From the human T2T-CHM13v2.0 reference genome, Homo sapiens: 64,000 nucleotides of DNA. The stretch lies in assembly GCF_009914755.1 (NCBI RefSeq), contig NC_060936.1; one strand, 5' to 3'. The notes beneath the pieces were generated by a model, which was not told where the DNA came from, did no database searches, and saw only the letters and a program-made list of their open reading frames with translations. Shown in pieces: positions 27,660-39,949 of the stretch; position 1 is the stretch's first letter, and the number at the start of each line of letters is the position of its first letter. Position numbers and translations under genes: made by a program.

Positions 27660-28015
27660 AAGGCCATGGATAGGATTTGCTACCCTTTCACATCCCATTC
27701 CATATTTTCTGTTTGAGTTTATTTACCCCATGAGGTGATCCAAGCCTTTATTTCTGAGAGAACTAAATCCTTGATGTCCTTAAATGGAAGGACTTGCCAT
27801 AATTTTCCATTCACTTTGACCACTGTATGTAGCTGCATGGGGCTGGAAGACACCCAAGGAATCCCCTTAGTTCCATTCAGACTCCTCCAGCTCATGTTGT
27901 AAATCAGAATTTCTGCTTTCCTTTGATAGAGAGGGTCACCAATCCCAGCCTGCTAGCACCACAAACCTCTCTTTTTATTGGAACATAAGGAGTACCTAGA
28001 GCTGCAGGCTTTAGT
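27660..28015 (-). pseudogene. Degenerate ERVL internal region: dUTPase C-terminal half and downstream pol-end peptide
   Basis: Hand translation across frameshifts gives VVLAG..GDPLYQRKAEILIYN..EESEWN*GDSLGCLPAPC..VVKVNGKL..IKAWITSWGK..ENMEWDVKG, colinear with recalled HERV-L VLAGVIDPDYQ..EEYAWNTGDPLGRL..VIKVNGKL..MKVWVTPPGK..GNTEWVVEEG. Confidence 0.75.
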
Positions 28016-30699
28016 TGGGCTAGTTGGGCTAGTTGGCCAGTCATAGTTAGGCTCCCTCTTGGAAGCATCACATGTCGAGATTCAGATTCTGAGAAGTTAT
28101 GTGAGCGTGCCCAAGTCACCCAATGGTAGAGACTTGAATTCATGTCTATCTGTTTCCAAAGTTTGAATATTTAGCTGATTCATCTGCTTCAGTGAGTGTA
28201 AAGACCTTTGTATTCTGTGTAGGTCGTGGCAGAGGACAAGTAGAAGGGGGTATTAGCAGAGAAATGCCACCCAAGAAAAGGCTGTGTGGGGTAGTGGAAC
28301 AACCCATGGCTAGAGTCCCAGCTCTGTACTTATATTTATTCAATGTATTCAACATTATTTGGCAAGCTCTTTCTATGTGGCAGGCACTGTCCTAGGCACT
28401 AAAAATAGAGCAGTGCTCATAAACAAACTCTTGCATTTTCCTTTTTAGTCATCTGTCCCCTGCAAGTTATTTCACTTCTCTGAGCCTTGCTCTCCTGCCC
28501 TATAAGATGAGGGTATTAATACCTACCAGATGAGAGCAGTCAATTTGTTTTGTCACTAGGAAAGTGAGGACATTAATATCCAATCTTGCTGGGAGAATTA
28601 AATCAGGCAAATGTAGATAGATCCATTTATTGCACCAACAGTTATGGACCATCTACTGTGTGGCAGTGGCTGGGCTGAGCTCTGAGAACACATCCAGTGA
28701 ACGAGCCAAATATAGTTTCTGCTGTCTTCGACCTTGCACTGAGTAAAGTTGGATATTAAGCAAAAAATCACAACCATGACTAGGGTTTTCAATGGATATG
28801 CAGGTAGCCACAGTGACTGCTATTATTCTTCCTTTTCCTTGCCCTGCTGGTGCTTGTTTCCTCCTACTTCAAGGTCTCCAGAGTTGGGGGAGCTCACAAC
28901 GCCTCTCTTGTTTGTCTAGGGAGTCCTGAAAAAGAGAATAACATTTTGATGCTGAACGGCAGAGGCAGGGAAGAGTTAAAGTAGAAAAGTTCCTCAAAGG
29001 GGCAGCAACCAATGAGTCTGCTGCCATCCTGGCTGAGTCTTGCTGTCCCTTTGCCATGGCTTTAGGTTTATGGAAAAAAAATAGGCTCTTTAGAGAGGAA
29101 GAGAGGAAGTCTGTTTTCCTACAGCTCAGCTGAAAATCTCATCGTTCTGTGGAATTCTTTTCCCCCTTTAATGTGCACAGTTTTGGGATGAATTTTGCTC
29201 CTCTGTCAGTTTCCTCTGGATGTTTTATTGTAGGGAGGACTTATGGACTCTGCAACCAAACATAAATGGCCAAGTCCTAATTCTGTAGTTCCTTGGTTCT
29301 AGCAGCATGTGCCTCGAAAGGTGCCTGGCATGCAGTAGGTGCCCCACAAACATTTGCTGGATGAATTGCCGCCTGGGGACCCCAGGGTAGTCATAATATT
29401 CTGGAAGATCTGTCTTTTCACTCCTCTTGTTTGCAGAAGAAAAAAGTGTCAATCTGTCTTTCTGCATTGGCAGGTCTGTCAGGGTAGAAATACATCAGGG
29501 TTCTAGATAATTCATGTTTGAGGAACATCTGCTAGATATGTCATTCCAGTGGCATTTTACAGGTCAGGTCCTTGAAATATTTAAAAAAACCAGGAGACAA
29601 GCACATCACACCCATTTTTCGCTCCCACAAGAACAGGCTATGAAATGATTCTACTTTGACCCCTAATTCATTTCCGTGGGGATTCTGCTTATTAGTTGCT
29701 GCAAGTCTCATGTGTCTGGCAGAGATGTGTCTGTCTTCTTGTTGGCTAATGGTTTTGTCATTAGCCTGATGAATAGACTTGATCTAACATTCTTCAACTC
29801 CAGAGTAGGACGGACTCTTCCCCTCACCACCCTGCTGACCCTGTCAGTTTACAGCACAGAAATCTTCCAGTTGGGTTTTGTAAGGAGGCAGATTAAACAG
29901 AAAAAGTGTTTCTTCTTCCCTGGCCAAGTCATTTTGGATTGAGAGCGTACAAAAGTTGCTTTGTAGTTTGAGAACTGCTCATAAAAGTAAATTTCTTTTT
30001 TGATGCAATGATTAGAATTGCTTTGCTAGAAGAAAGTTACATATAACTGGTTACTTACTAGCATATCTTGTATATTGTAATAACCTCAGGCACATGATAG
30101 GCATATTTATTAAATGAATAGTCATTATGTAAATGGAAAAAGATAAATAAGACCAAAGGGTGACAGATATTCAACAAATATTTGATGAATAAAGAAGTTA
30201 ACAGATAAAATAAATGAATGAAAGTAGTTCCCAGGATGAAAGAAACATGAAGTCACTGCGACTGGAATGTGCTAGAGAATTGCAGGGTGTCTGTCAGCAG
30301 ATAATGGTGCCCTTGCTTTTCTTCCCACAATTCGCAGGGGAGGTTTCTCTGCACCTGCCTTTGTCCAAGGTGACTCATTTCTTCCGGCCACAATTGTTTG
30401 ACCAGAAATGGCATCTAGCCCCAGGGGACAAATAAAAAATATCTTCCCCAAGAAGACAGAACTGAAGCTTAGATGAAGATTCTGTGTTGCAGGGACAGTA
30501 ATATGCTCATGTGACTACTACAGGAAGCCATCTTTCGCTTGCCAATGAGATAAGGAAGAAGGAAAAGATAATCTGCCATGAGGAAGAAGAATAAAATAAT
30601 AGAAAAGAGGGAGAGAGAAAGAGAGAGGGAGGGAGGGAGGGAGAGAGGGAGAGAGAAAGAGAGAGAGAGAGAGAAAGATTGAATCAGGAAAGAGAAATG

Positions 30700-30955
30700 G
30701 GCCGCACCCTGTTGCTAATGTCTGTAATCCCAGCACTTTGGGAGGCTGAGGTGGGTGAATCACCTCAGATCAGGAGTTCAAGACCAGCCTGGTAAACATG
30801 GTAAAACCTGGTCTCTACTAAAAATACAAAAATTAGTGAGGTGTGGTGGTGCATGCCCGCTTAAACCTGGGAGGCGGAGGTTGCAGTGAGCCAAGATCGC
30901 GCCACTGCACTCCAGACTAGGTGACAGAGTGAGATTCCGTCTCAAAAAAAAAAAG
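30700..30955 (+). mobile_element. AluS with ~38-bp internal deletion in the right arm
   Basis: GTGCATGCC|CGCTTAAACC junction lacks TGTAATCCCAGCTACT...GAGAAT; TSD AGAGAAATG. Confidence 0.9.
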
Positions 30956-31073
30956 GGTGGGGGGAGAGGGAGAGAAAGGGAGATAGAGAAATGTCTAGAT
31001 ACCTGAGATTCTTCTAGTTCCCAGATATAACCCCAAATCTTTATAATTTCTTCAACATTTTCCCTGAAGTTAG

Positions 31074-31392
<319 letters not shown>

Positions 31393-33599
31393 CCCCAAAC
31401 ACTCTTAACATATGTGCCCAGAGATGAGACATTGTAGCCTTCATGGTCTTTGTCCATTCAAAGGCAAAGACTGGAACTCTCAAGCAGCCTTGCTAATACT
31501 TCCAGTTCCCTTCCTACTTCTTAAGGTCCTAGGTTGTAATGAGTATTTTTTTTTCTTTTTAAGTATAAAAAAAGAAGAAGGAGGAGAAGAAAGCCGAAGG
31601 GGGGAGGAGAAAGAAAAAATGAAACCCCTTTGCCCTCAAGTCTGTGAACTGGCTGATGAGGCGCTGCTATTTGATTTGGTTGCCACTCAAGGCTGAGGTT
31701 TTTCTTCTCCACTTTTCGCATGGACTTCTGTTGCTTTTTCTTGGCTTCTGGTTGCTCAAGAGGACTGAAGGGTGTCCAGGGCAGGGCTGTGGTGTTTGCA
31801 TTGGCTGTCAGAGCTGAAGGGGCGGCAGAAGGGCCTGACCTCCACCTCAGAGCAACAGGAGTTTCCTTTCTGGGGTTCCTTGTCTCGGGGATTAGGACAA
31901 AACACACCCACAGTTGAGCTTCAGTAAAACCTGATTAGAGTCTCCCGGAAGTGTTTGTTTTGTGGGGCTACCACTACAGATCATGGGAAACAAATGCTTC
32001 TTCTCTTCCTCTCTCTTCTCTTCCCCAGCAAGGGAGGCTGGTGGTTTTGGCTGCCTTGGTGGAAAAACCAATACTCTTCCGCAAATGGGTTCTTCTCACA
32101 GCCGTGAATTAGTGTTGGCACAGACGCCTCTGAGTGGGGATCCCACAAAGGTGCAAGCCTTTGCAAAGACAGGACCTCAAAGACGTGGGGTGGATGGGGC
32201 GGGTGGGTCAGGTAGAGAGCCAAGGAGGGCAGTGGGTGTCCCTAAATGGAAATGCTGACAAAACTGAGAGTTAGGAGGGACAAGGTGTCCTGGCACCTTT
32301 CTCCGTGTCAGACAGGGCACTTCAGCCAGTTTGCAAGGTGTTGGCCAAGGCATCTGTGAAACCCAGCAGCCAGAAACCTCATGACTGGCTGGGAAAAGCA
32401 CAATTATAACAAGAAGAAGAAGAAAGGAGCTTGTTTTATGAATACATTTGCAGAGCCTGGAAACTGCAGGGAAGGGGAAGTTTAACATAATGGGACCCTC
32501 GTGGAATCCCTCTCATCCGCCTAAAACACACACCTCTGTGGTTTCTTTTCTCCCCGATGTCCTTTCTCAAGCACCACCTCCACCTTTGCCACCCTGACCC
32601 CATTGGCTGGCCTTTTCCTCCCCTTGCCCTCACCAATCAGCTGGGTCTGCCAGTCCGAAGGCTAGGGCATGACATGTTTGCACCATGCGTAAACACCACT
32701 CACCATTAAGAGCTCCCTCTAATGAGAAACAGAGCCACAGAGGGGAAGCTTCAAAGTGGTTAACGGAAGGAAGTGCCTGGAATGAAATCCGACTTGATGT
32801 CCCAATTAATACGTCCCCTAATTCTATTTCCTGCCCTTGCGGGCTTGCAGCCGCCTCCCTCTAATTTCTGTGGGAGACAGAGACTCGGCTGATGGGGAGG
32901 AAGAAACCTGGAAATGGGGCGGCTTCACGGATGACTTGATACACAGGCAATGGGCATATTAGGACAAATTAGGGAATTAAGGAGGAGGAAAAAAAAGAGA
33001 CGACGACAGTCAGAGGAAATGTCATCTGAAGTAATAGTATTAATGGAGACTGGGGCATTGCTGGAGAGGGTGGCTGGAGAAATTGAGAGCTCCAAACACC
33101 AGCCAAATTGTCTTTTATTTCAGGCTGGGAGAGAGTAGCCATTGCCAGACCCTTTCTTCTCTGCTCTAGGATGTTGGGGGAAAAACAGCCATGGGCCTGT
33201 TCAGCAGGATTAGAGGCAGGCCCCAATCTCAGCCCAAAGTCTGTTGTATCCAGGTGAAGGCTTTATGGAAATAAAATGAAATATAAAGACATCAGCCTGG
33301 CAATAGTCAAGTTAGAATAAGTGGTGCGCTCTGGAAGTGTGAAAAGACCTTTGGAATATCTCTTTATAGTCTGGTCAGCCTGAAAGTCCACCATTTGATT
33401 GCTCTTTTTCAGATAGGCATTGCCCTCTCTGTATCGTCCCATACAGAGAAAGATGCTTGCAGAGGGTAAAACGTGGCATCCCTGAGGCAGTGGGATAAAG
33501 AGTTTGTCAGGGAAATCAGACACCCCAGAAGAAGTGGTGACCAGAAGACCCTCATCCATTCGGCTGCGATATTTGAGCAATCTCCGATTGATTCCCATC

Positions 33600-34208
33600 T
33601 TCAGTTTCTCCAGCACTCTTTTCTATCCTCTGTCCATCTTGCACACACCTGCCTCATGATCTTTCTAAAATACAAAACCCATCTTGTCTTCACCCCACTT
33701 AAATATCTGGTGGGGCTCCCCAGTGCCTGTGTGGTCAAGTCTGGCCACTTTAGCATGGCATTTAAGGCCCGTCATAAACCATATGAGTTTTCTCTGGAGC
33801 CTGGCTATCCTCCACTCTCCTCCTGGGCCTCCACCCAATCCCAGGGTCTCCCCAGCCTGCCAAACTCATTCCTTCTCCATAGCCTTGCACATGGTGACTT
33901 CCTCCAGCTTTATCTTTCTCCCTCTTCTTTGCCCAGGGGGCTCCCTGTTTACCCAACAAGTCTAAGTTCAAATGGCGTCTCCTTATTAAAGCCTTTCCAG
34001 GCATCTAAGTCATCTCTCTGTGTTCCTGGGGGCCGCTCTTTGAATTTCTGCACCATCCCATATCCCACTGCATTGAAATAATTTGCTTTCGTTTCTGGTT
34101 TCCCCAGGAGATTGAATCTCCTAGAAGACACACAGAGGACAGAACTAATGGTACACGTTTCTGTATATGTGCAGTGTTTGACATAATATCAGAGCTCAAT
34201 AAATGGAG
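33600..34208 (+). mobile_element. L2 fragment
   Basis: GATCTTTCTAAAATACAAAAC...CTTTAGCATGGCATTTAAGGCCC...GCTCAATAAATG. Confidence 0.8.
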
Positions 34209-34409
34209 AGAGAAAGAAGGGAGAAAGAAACAGAGGGACACAGCAAGAGATAGAAGAAAGGAAGTGCAGAAAGAGCAGGAAACATCTAGAACTGCATTGC
34301 ATTGTCCACGGCATAATTTTATGATTATTTAACCCAGCCACTCACTTAGATGTAAGATTTGGCTGAATTCATTTTAACACTCCTTCAGTTTAAGCAAATT
34401 GGCCAGGCT

Positions 34410-34610
34410 ACACAATGCAACCAATGTTTAAGAGCCTATGCTTTGGAAATTTGGACGCAAATTCCCCACTGGGGAAGTCACTTCCCCTCTCTGGGCCTTA
34501 GCTCTCTTATCAGTAAAATGGGAACAAGATGACCTTGAGGAGCAAACAAGGTGAAATACTTAAAGTGCCTTGCCCAGTGCCTAATACGTAGTAAGTGATC
34601 GATAAAATCT
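34410..34610 (+). mobile_element. MIR
   Basis: AAGTCACTTCCCCTCTCTGGGCCTTAGCTCTCTTATCAGTAAAATGGG. Confidence 0.8.
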
Positions 34611-35426
34611 AATATATATGAGAGTCTTAGCTTGGGAATTCTGCTGTCTTCTCAGGCCATCTGAGGTTCTTTCTCCCTCCTATTACTGGCCTCTGCTGCC
34701 CGGGCTCTGCCCTATAATCTGAATTGTTTGCTCTTCCTGCTGCCAGGATAGACAACCCAGGGAGTAGTCCTTGCATCCATGCCAACAGTTACTGGCATTT
34801 TGGTTACTGGGAATGATGTCACTCCTGTGTCTTGGCTCCTTAAAGGATCTGATGCATGCCACACACATATGCAAATAAAAGAAAGTTTCCTGGTTATATC
34901 CTCTACTTGGGAGCAGAAGTGGTGGCAAAAATTTGCAGGTCTGAGATCATATGTCTGAGTTCCTCTGCTGTGGTTTTCCAGACAGTGAAGAACCTGGAGG
35001 AACTGCTGAGGCCACACAGTGGGGCTTTTCCATTAACGTAAACCTCTGCACAACTTGAATTCTTTTTCTCACGTCCCTAGGACCTTGTGTTCTTGTTTGG
35101 AGCAGAAGTCACCACTCCCTGGCCAGACAGTGCCTGTTCATGTAAACATGGATGCAGTGGTCAAAGAATTCCGTGTTGGAATTTCTCCTTAGGAAATCAC
35201 TGCAGACAAGAGAATGTTCTTAAGGTCCACAGAAGATGGCTTCAAGGTTGGCTAGGGCATCACCCGAGTCTTTCTCCAAGGGGATGAACTGGGTGCTAGT
35301 GGTATTGAGAACTTACCTGAGGCCTTTCTATTGGAATAGTCTGTGGATGTGTTTGAGTCAAATACATTTTACTATTGACAAACTTTGGTCAGGAACCAGA
35401 GAGTCTCCCTTTTCTTGACAACTCAC

Positions 35427-35559
35427 GGTATTGGCAGAGTTCTTCCTTCTTCTCATCCTCCTTTTCCAAATACTTCCAGATCCATGATTTACTGGAGATC
35501 CTTCTTTGGGGTTTGAGACTTTTTAAAGTCTCCATTTGATCGACTTGAAAAAGATGGCA
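35427..35559 (-). other. Candidate spliced exon (133 nt; alternative donor at 35317 gives 243 nt)
   Basis: Minus strand: TTAATGTTAACCTTTCAG|TGCC acceptor, ACC|GTGAGT donor, second donor CAG|GTAAGT; purine-rich body; motif evidence only. Confidence 0.3.
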
Positions 35560-35584
35560 CTGAAAGGTTAACATTAAGTGTCAT

Positions 35585-35996
35585 AATTGCATGATGTGCT
35601 ACCCAGATCCATTTCAGGACTGAAGGACTTATTCTCCCCAGCTTCTAGGGGTGTTGCCAGCTGAATGCTTTTAGCTCCCAGCCCTCTGTAGGTATTGACC
35701 TCAGCTGGAAAGATCCCTCTCACTCAATATTCCATCTTCCTCCAAGGTCAGCCCACATCCAAAGATTGGTGTGGCAAGAGAATTAAGGCATATCACCCTG
35801 TCCCCAGCTGAAGGGTCATCCCATTTTCAGAACCCCCATGGGGTCGGTTGAGGCCTTTGCTGAGACTGCATCACAGCTCAACTTCTCCTTCCACCCAATC
35901 CTGATTTTTTTCCCCTCCCTTCTAGCTCGAATATATGTCCTGCACATTAATCTTTACCCCAGAATGTTTCCTAGAGAATCTGCAACCTCAAGGTCA
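35585..35996 (+). mobile_element. LTR16A-like ERVL LTR (arm 1 of inverted duplication)
   Basis: CAGATCC...CAGGACTGAAGGACTTATT; GCTGAGACTGCATCACAGCTCAACTTCTCC. Confidence 0.8.
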
Positions 35997-36059
35997 GACA
36001 AGGTGAAAGGGGCCAATGTGAGTCTGGAGTACAAACATCAAGACTTCTGCTCAAGACAT

Positions 36060-36480
36060 CCATGGCCAGTTCCTGAGTGCTTACTAGGTACCAGGCACTG
36101 AACCAGGAGCTGTAGATGAGGTGATGAACAAAGCTCATGGGACCTGCTCTCATGGGACCATATTTAGAATGCAACAGACACTGAATTTATAATTATTTAC
36201 AGGGGTGATGAGTAGTAAGAAGAGAAGGTAGAGGATGCTAGAGAAGTAAATAACGGGTATCACACCAATCTGGGGGATAATATAAGGCTTCCTGGAGGCA
36301 GTGACGGTTGGATTAGGACCAAAGGATGATGAGGACAAGTTAGCCAGGCAAAGATAAGGGAGGGAAAGACAGTAGCTAAGAACAAGTAGAGTTTGGAGGA
36401 TGTATGCCATGACAATATAATTCACAGGACTCTGGGAGAGGGGGGGAGCATGGTATAAAAGGAGTCTGGGTGCATGAGGC
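36060..36480 (-). mobile_element. L2 fragment
   Basis: TGAGTGCTTACTAGGTACCAGGCACTG; AAGGCTTCCTGGAGGCAGTGAC. Confidence 0.75.
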
Positions 36481-36499
36481 AGTGGCTTGGACCACTTGG

Positions 36500-37003
36500 A
36501 TAATCCGGAAAGCTCTGGATCACATTTACTGCTTCACTCAAAGATAGGTAGAATCTATTTCTCCTCACTCTGAATCTAGCTGGGCTTGTGACTTCCTTGA
36601 CCAATAGGCTATAGCAGAAGTGATGCTATGCCAGTTCTTGGCCTAGGCTCTAACAGGCGTGGTGATAGCAACCTTCACTTTGGAAGCCTGCCATCAGGTT
36701 GTAAAGAAGCTCACATTACTACTGAATAATGAAACATCCCACGGAGGACAAAAGACCACATGGAGAAACACTGAGCTTCCCTGCATCTGAGGAAGCCCAC
36801 GTGGACCTTCCAGCTCAGCCCAGCAAACAGCTAAATGCAGTAAGTGAACCCAAACAATGCCCCTAAACTGGGGCCAAAGAACCACCCAGCTATGCCTAGC
36901 CTGGATTCTTGACCCACAGGATTGTGGAAAATGATAAATCATTTTTGTTTTGAACCGTGAAGTTTTGAGTTGGTCTGTTACACAGCAATAGCTAACTGAA
37001 ACA
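36500..37003 (+). mobile_element. MLT1G/H-like LTR
   Basis: GGGCTTGTGACTTCCTTGACCAATAG; ends TGTTACACAGCAATAGCTAACTGAAACA. Confidence 0.8.
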
Positions 37004-37044
37004 TTCTCCCTCAGGAAAAGAAAATCCCTCATACACATCTATCT

Positions 37045-37260
37045 TTAACAGCTCACAATTACTGAGTGCCAACAATGTACCAGACTTTGTGCTATGGGAG
37101 TTTTATATTTTATTTCATTGAAATCTCACCAAAAACCTGATGAAGTAGGCATTTATGTCCATTTTAGATGAGAAAAAAAAAAGAGGTTCAGAATAAATGT
37201 GACTTGCTCAAGTCACTCAGCTAGTGAAGTGGTGAAATATGGATTTGAACCCAGAACCCA
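37045..37260 (-). mobile_element. MIR
   Basis: CCATTTTAGATGAG...GTGACTTGCTCAAGTCAC...GGATTTGAACCCAG. Confidence 0.8.
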
Positions 37261-37264
37261 GGTG

Positions 37265-37580
37265 GTGTTTTTTTGTTTCATTTTTTGTTGTTGTTGTGGT
37301 TTTTTTGTTTTTTTTGTTTGTTTGTTTTTGAGAGAGTGTCTCTCTCTGTCACCCAGGCTGGAGTGCAGTGGCACGGTCTCGGCTCACTTCAACCTTCAAG
37401 CGATTCTCCTGCCTCCTGAATAGCTGGGACTGCAGATGAGCACCACCATACCCGGCTAATCTGTGTATTTTTAGTACAGATGGGGTTTTGTCATGTTGGC
37501 CAGGCTGGTCTTGAACTCCTGACCTCAGATGATCTGCCCGCCTCAGCCTCCCAAAGTGCTGGGATTACAGGCGTGAACCT
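37265..37580 (-). mobile_element. AluS with small internal deletions
   Basis: (GTT/TTTG)n tail, both arms. Confidence 0.9.
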
Positions 37581-38425
37581 ACTGACTTTTCTTGCATGGG
37601 CTTGGGGAGTTAGGTCAAGGAGACCTGGGCCAAACACTGGATCTATGGGAAGATTAGTCTGTGGATGGCAGATACCACTGAGCTAAGGCTTGTACTTTTC
37701 GGACAGTAATTCCTGCATCTCAGGTACTGCCATGGCTATCCAATGCCTCCTAGGATGCCTGGTTCCTCAGTCAGTAAGATTTGTCACACAGAGGTCAGGG
37801 CAGGGAGAGACCAAACCCAAACCGCAGTTCGTAGAGCTGGTTGTTAGCCCCAGTTTTGCCTCTAACTTGCCAGACTTGGGTCATGTCTTCCCGACCCTGT
37901 ACTCCTATTTCTCCATCTGCAAAATGAGAGCAGTGTTTTCCTGGCATTTCCAGATTCTTCTTATCAGCAAACCACCAAATCTGTTACACACTCAGTTTGT
38001 TCATCGTCTTACATTTGTAGACTTGTCCAAAGATAAAAAATTTATTACCTTGGGGATTTAAACATTCTAGTGGTAGATTTTTTTTGGATGCACCTGAAAA
38101 CGAATTTTAAAAATGCCTGTATGTTACCACCTGCAATCACCCCACGTGCTGCTGTGATGTGGATACTACCTTGGTAGACCTGGACCCAGGTGGTCTAGGT
38201 GGGCCTGTTGTTCTGGTAGAGGGCCTAAGTCTTGGGCAGAAAAATGGGTTTCAAGCCTGGGTCCCGCTAACCTGGCCAAATGACACCTCTTAAACCAGAC
38301 TTTGAGGAAATGAGACACAAACCACCCAGCAGCCTTGTTCTTCAACTACAATTACCCCATTAACAGCAAAACTATCTCATTCTGGATTTTCTCCATCTCT
38401 GAGCAGCCAAGCTTCAGACAAGGGG

Positions 38426-38826
38426 CTCACATTGGCCCCTTTCACTTTGTCTGTCTTGGCAGTTGCAGACTCTCTAGGAGCCAGGTTCTTGGGTGAGGAT
38501 TAATATGCTGGGCATATATTGGAGCTAGAAGGGAAGGAAAAGAATGAGGATTGGGTGGAAAGAAAAGTTCAGCTGTGATGTAGTCTCAGCAAAGGTTCAA
38601 CTGACCCCATGGGGGTTCTGAAAATGGGATGACCCTTCAGCTGGGGACAGGGTGATATGCCTTAATTCTCTTGCCACACCAATCTTTGGATGTGGGCTGT
38701 CCTTGGAGGAAGATGTGATATTGAGTGAGGGGGGATCTTTTCAGCTGAGGGCAATACCTACAGAGGGCTGGGAGCTAAAAGCATTCACCTGGCAACACCC
38801 CTAGAAGCTGGGGAGAATAAGTCCTT
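38426..38826 (-). repeat. Inverted copy of 35623-36022 (LTR16A plus ~26 bp of flank)
   Basis: Hand alignment ~91% over ~400 bp; 97 bp identical (35749-35845 = reverse complement of 38603-38699). Confidence 0.95.
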
Positions 38827-38921
38827 GAACCAAGGCACTTTTCAGGCTCTTTGCAACCAACCCAGCCTCGCCTTTTTCTCCAGGTGGGCAGGGAAACTGG
38901 AGGCTTCTCATGCCACACAGC

Positions 38922-38993
38922 AGCCCCTCATTACAGAATGAGAGCTTCCACAAGTCAAGCCCCTCATTACAGAATGAGAGCCTCCACAAGTCA
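38922..38993 (+). repeat. 36-bp tandem duplication, 2 copies, 1 mismatch
   Basis: AGCCCCTCATTACAGAATGAGAGC(T/C)TCCACAAGTCA x2. Confidence 0.95.
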
Positions 38994-39289
38994 GGCTCAG
39001 GAGAAAGACACTAGGCAGGGAGGAAAAACCAAGCTGAGAAAAGGGAGTTCAGTTCCTCAATACTGGATGGTGAGAACTTCCTCCTCATCTTTCCTTCTAG
39101 AGAAATTTGGTATTTTAAGAGCCCCTTGTCTGAGGCTTGGCTGCCAGGAGATGGAGAAGATCCAGAATGAGATTGTTCTGCTGTTAATGGAGTAACTGCA
39201 GCTGAAGAACGAGGCTGCTGGGTGGTTTGTGTTTCATTTCCTCAAACTCTGGCTGGGTCACTGGCGTGTTACATTAAGTTTCAGAGCTA

Positions 39290-39650
39290 GCTGTGTAGAG
39301 TAGAAAGAGTACTGGATGGAGAGAGAATAATAGTGCATAACAACAACACCCGTCACCATCACCACCACCACCATCATCATCATCAGTAACATTCACTGAA
39401 TGTCTACATTCTTGACATGGCTTAACTTACCTGATTGAAACTCTCAACAACCCCTTATGAGATAGGTTCACTCTTCCCCCGTTTTACAGATAAATAAAGG
39501 GGTATAAAGAGGTTAAGTCAGTTGATCAAGATTTTACACCTGGTAAATGCAGGTATGAGATATAGCTGCAAGATGCAACACTGAACTTGTTCCTTCCTTC
39601 TCTCTGGGCCTTGGGGATCCATTCTGTAAAATGAGGGTTTGAGCAGATGG
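39290..39650. mobile_element. MIR fragments with a (CAC/CAT)n tract
   Basis: CCCCGTTTTACAGATAAA...GAGGTTAAGT core. Confidence 0.7.
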
Positions 39651-39949
39651 ATGGTGGCTTAACAATTTTATTTTTAAAAAATCATGGGCCATTTCTTCAA
39701 ATGAAGCTGATCAGAAAGTGTAAGATATAAACAAGAACCAAGTGAGATTGCCCTGTTGATGTAAAGTGAAGGTATTTAGAATTCATTTACAAACCGGAGG
39801 GAAAAGAGCTTCTCTTAAGGTGCTTTCTAACTTTGTTGTTTCATGTTTCTGAAAATCAAATTTGTGGAAAGCTCAGAGTCTCTGTGGATGGGTTAAGGTG
39901 TAGTTCTTGATGCTGCAGTTCAAGGTAGCAAAGGTCCTTGATTGGAGAC

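Noticed and set aside
33473-34081. 202-aa ORF
   Set aside because: Non-ATG start, lies mostly within a decayed L2, no recognisable domain.
38922-38993. 36-bp direct repeat as a CRISPR-like array
   Set aside because: Only two adjacent copies with no spacer, in eukaryotic DNA with no cas genes.
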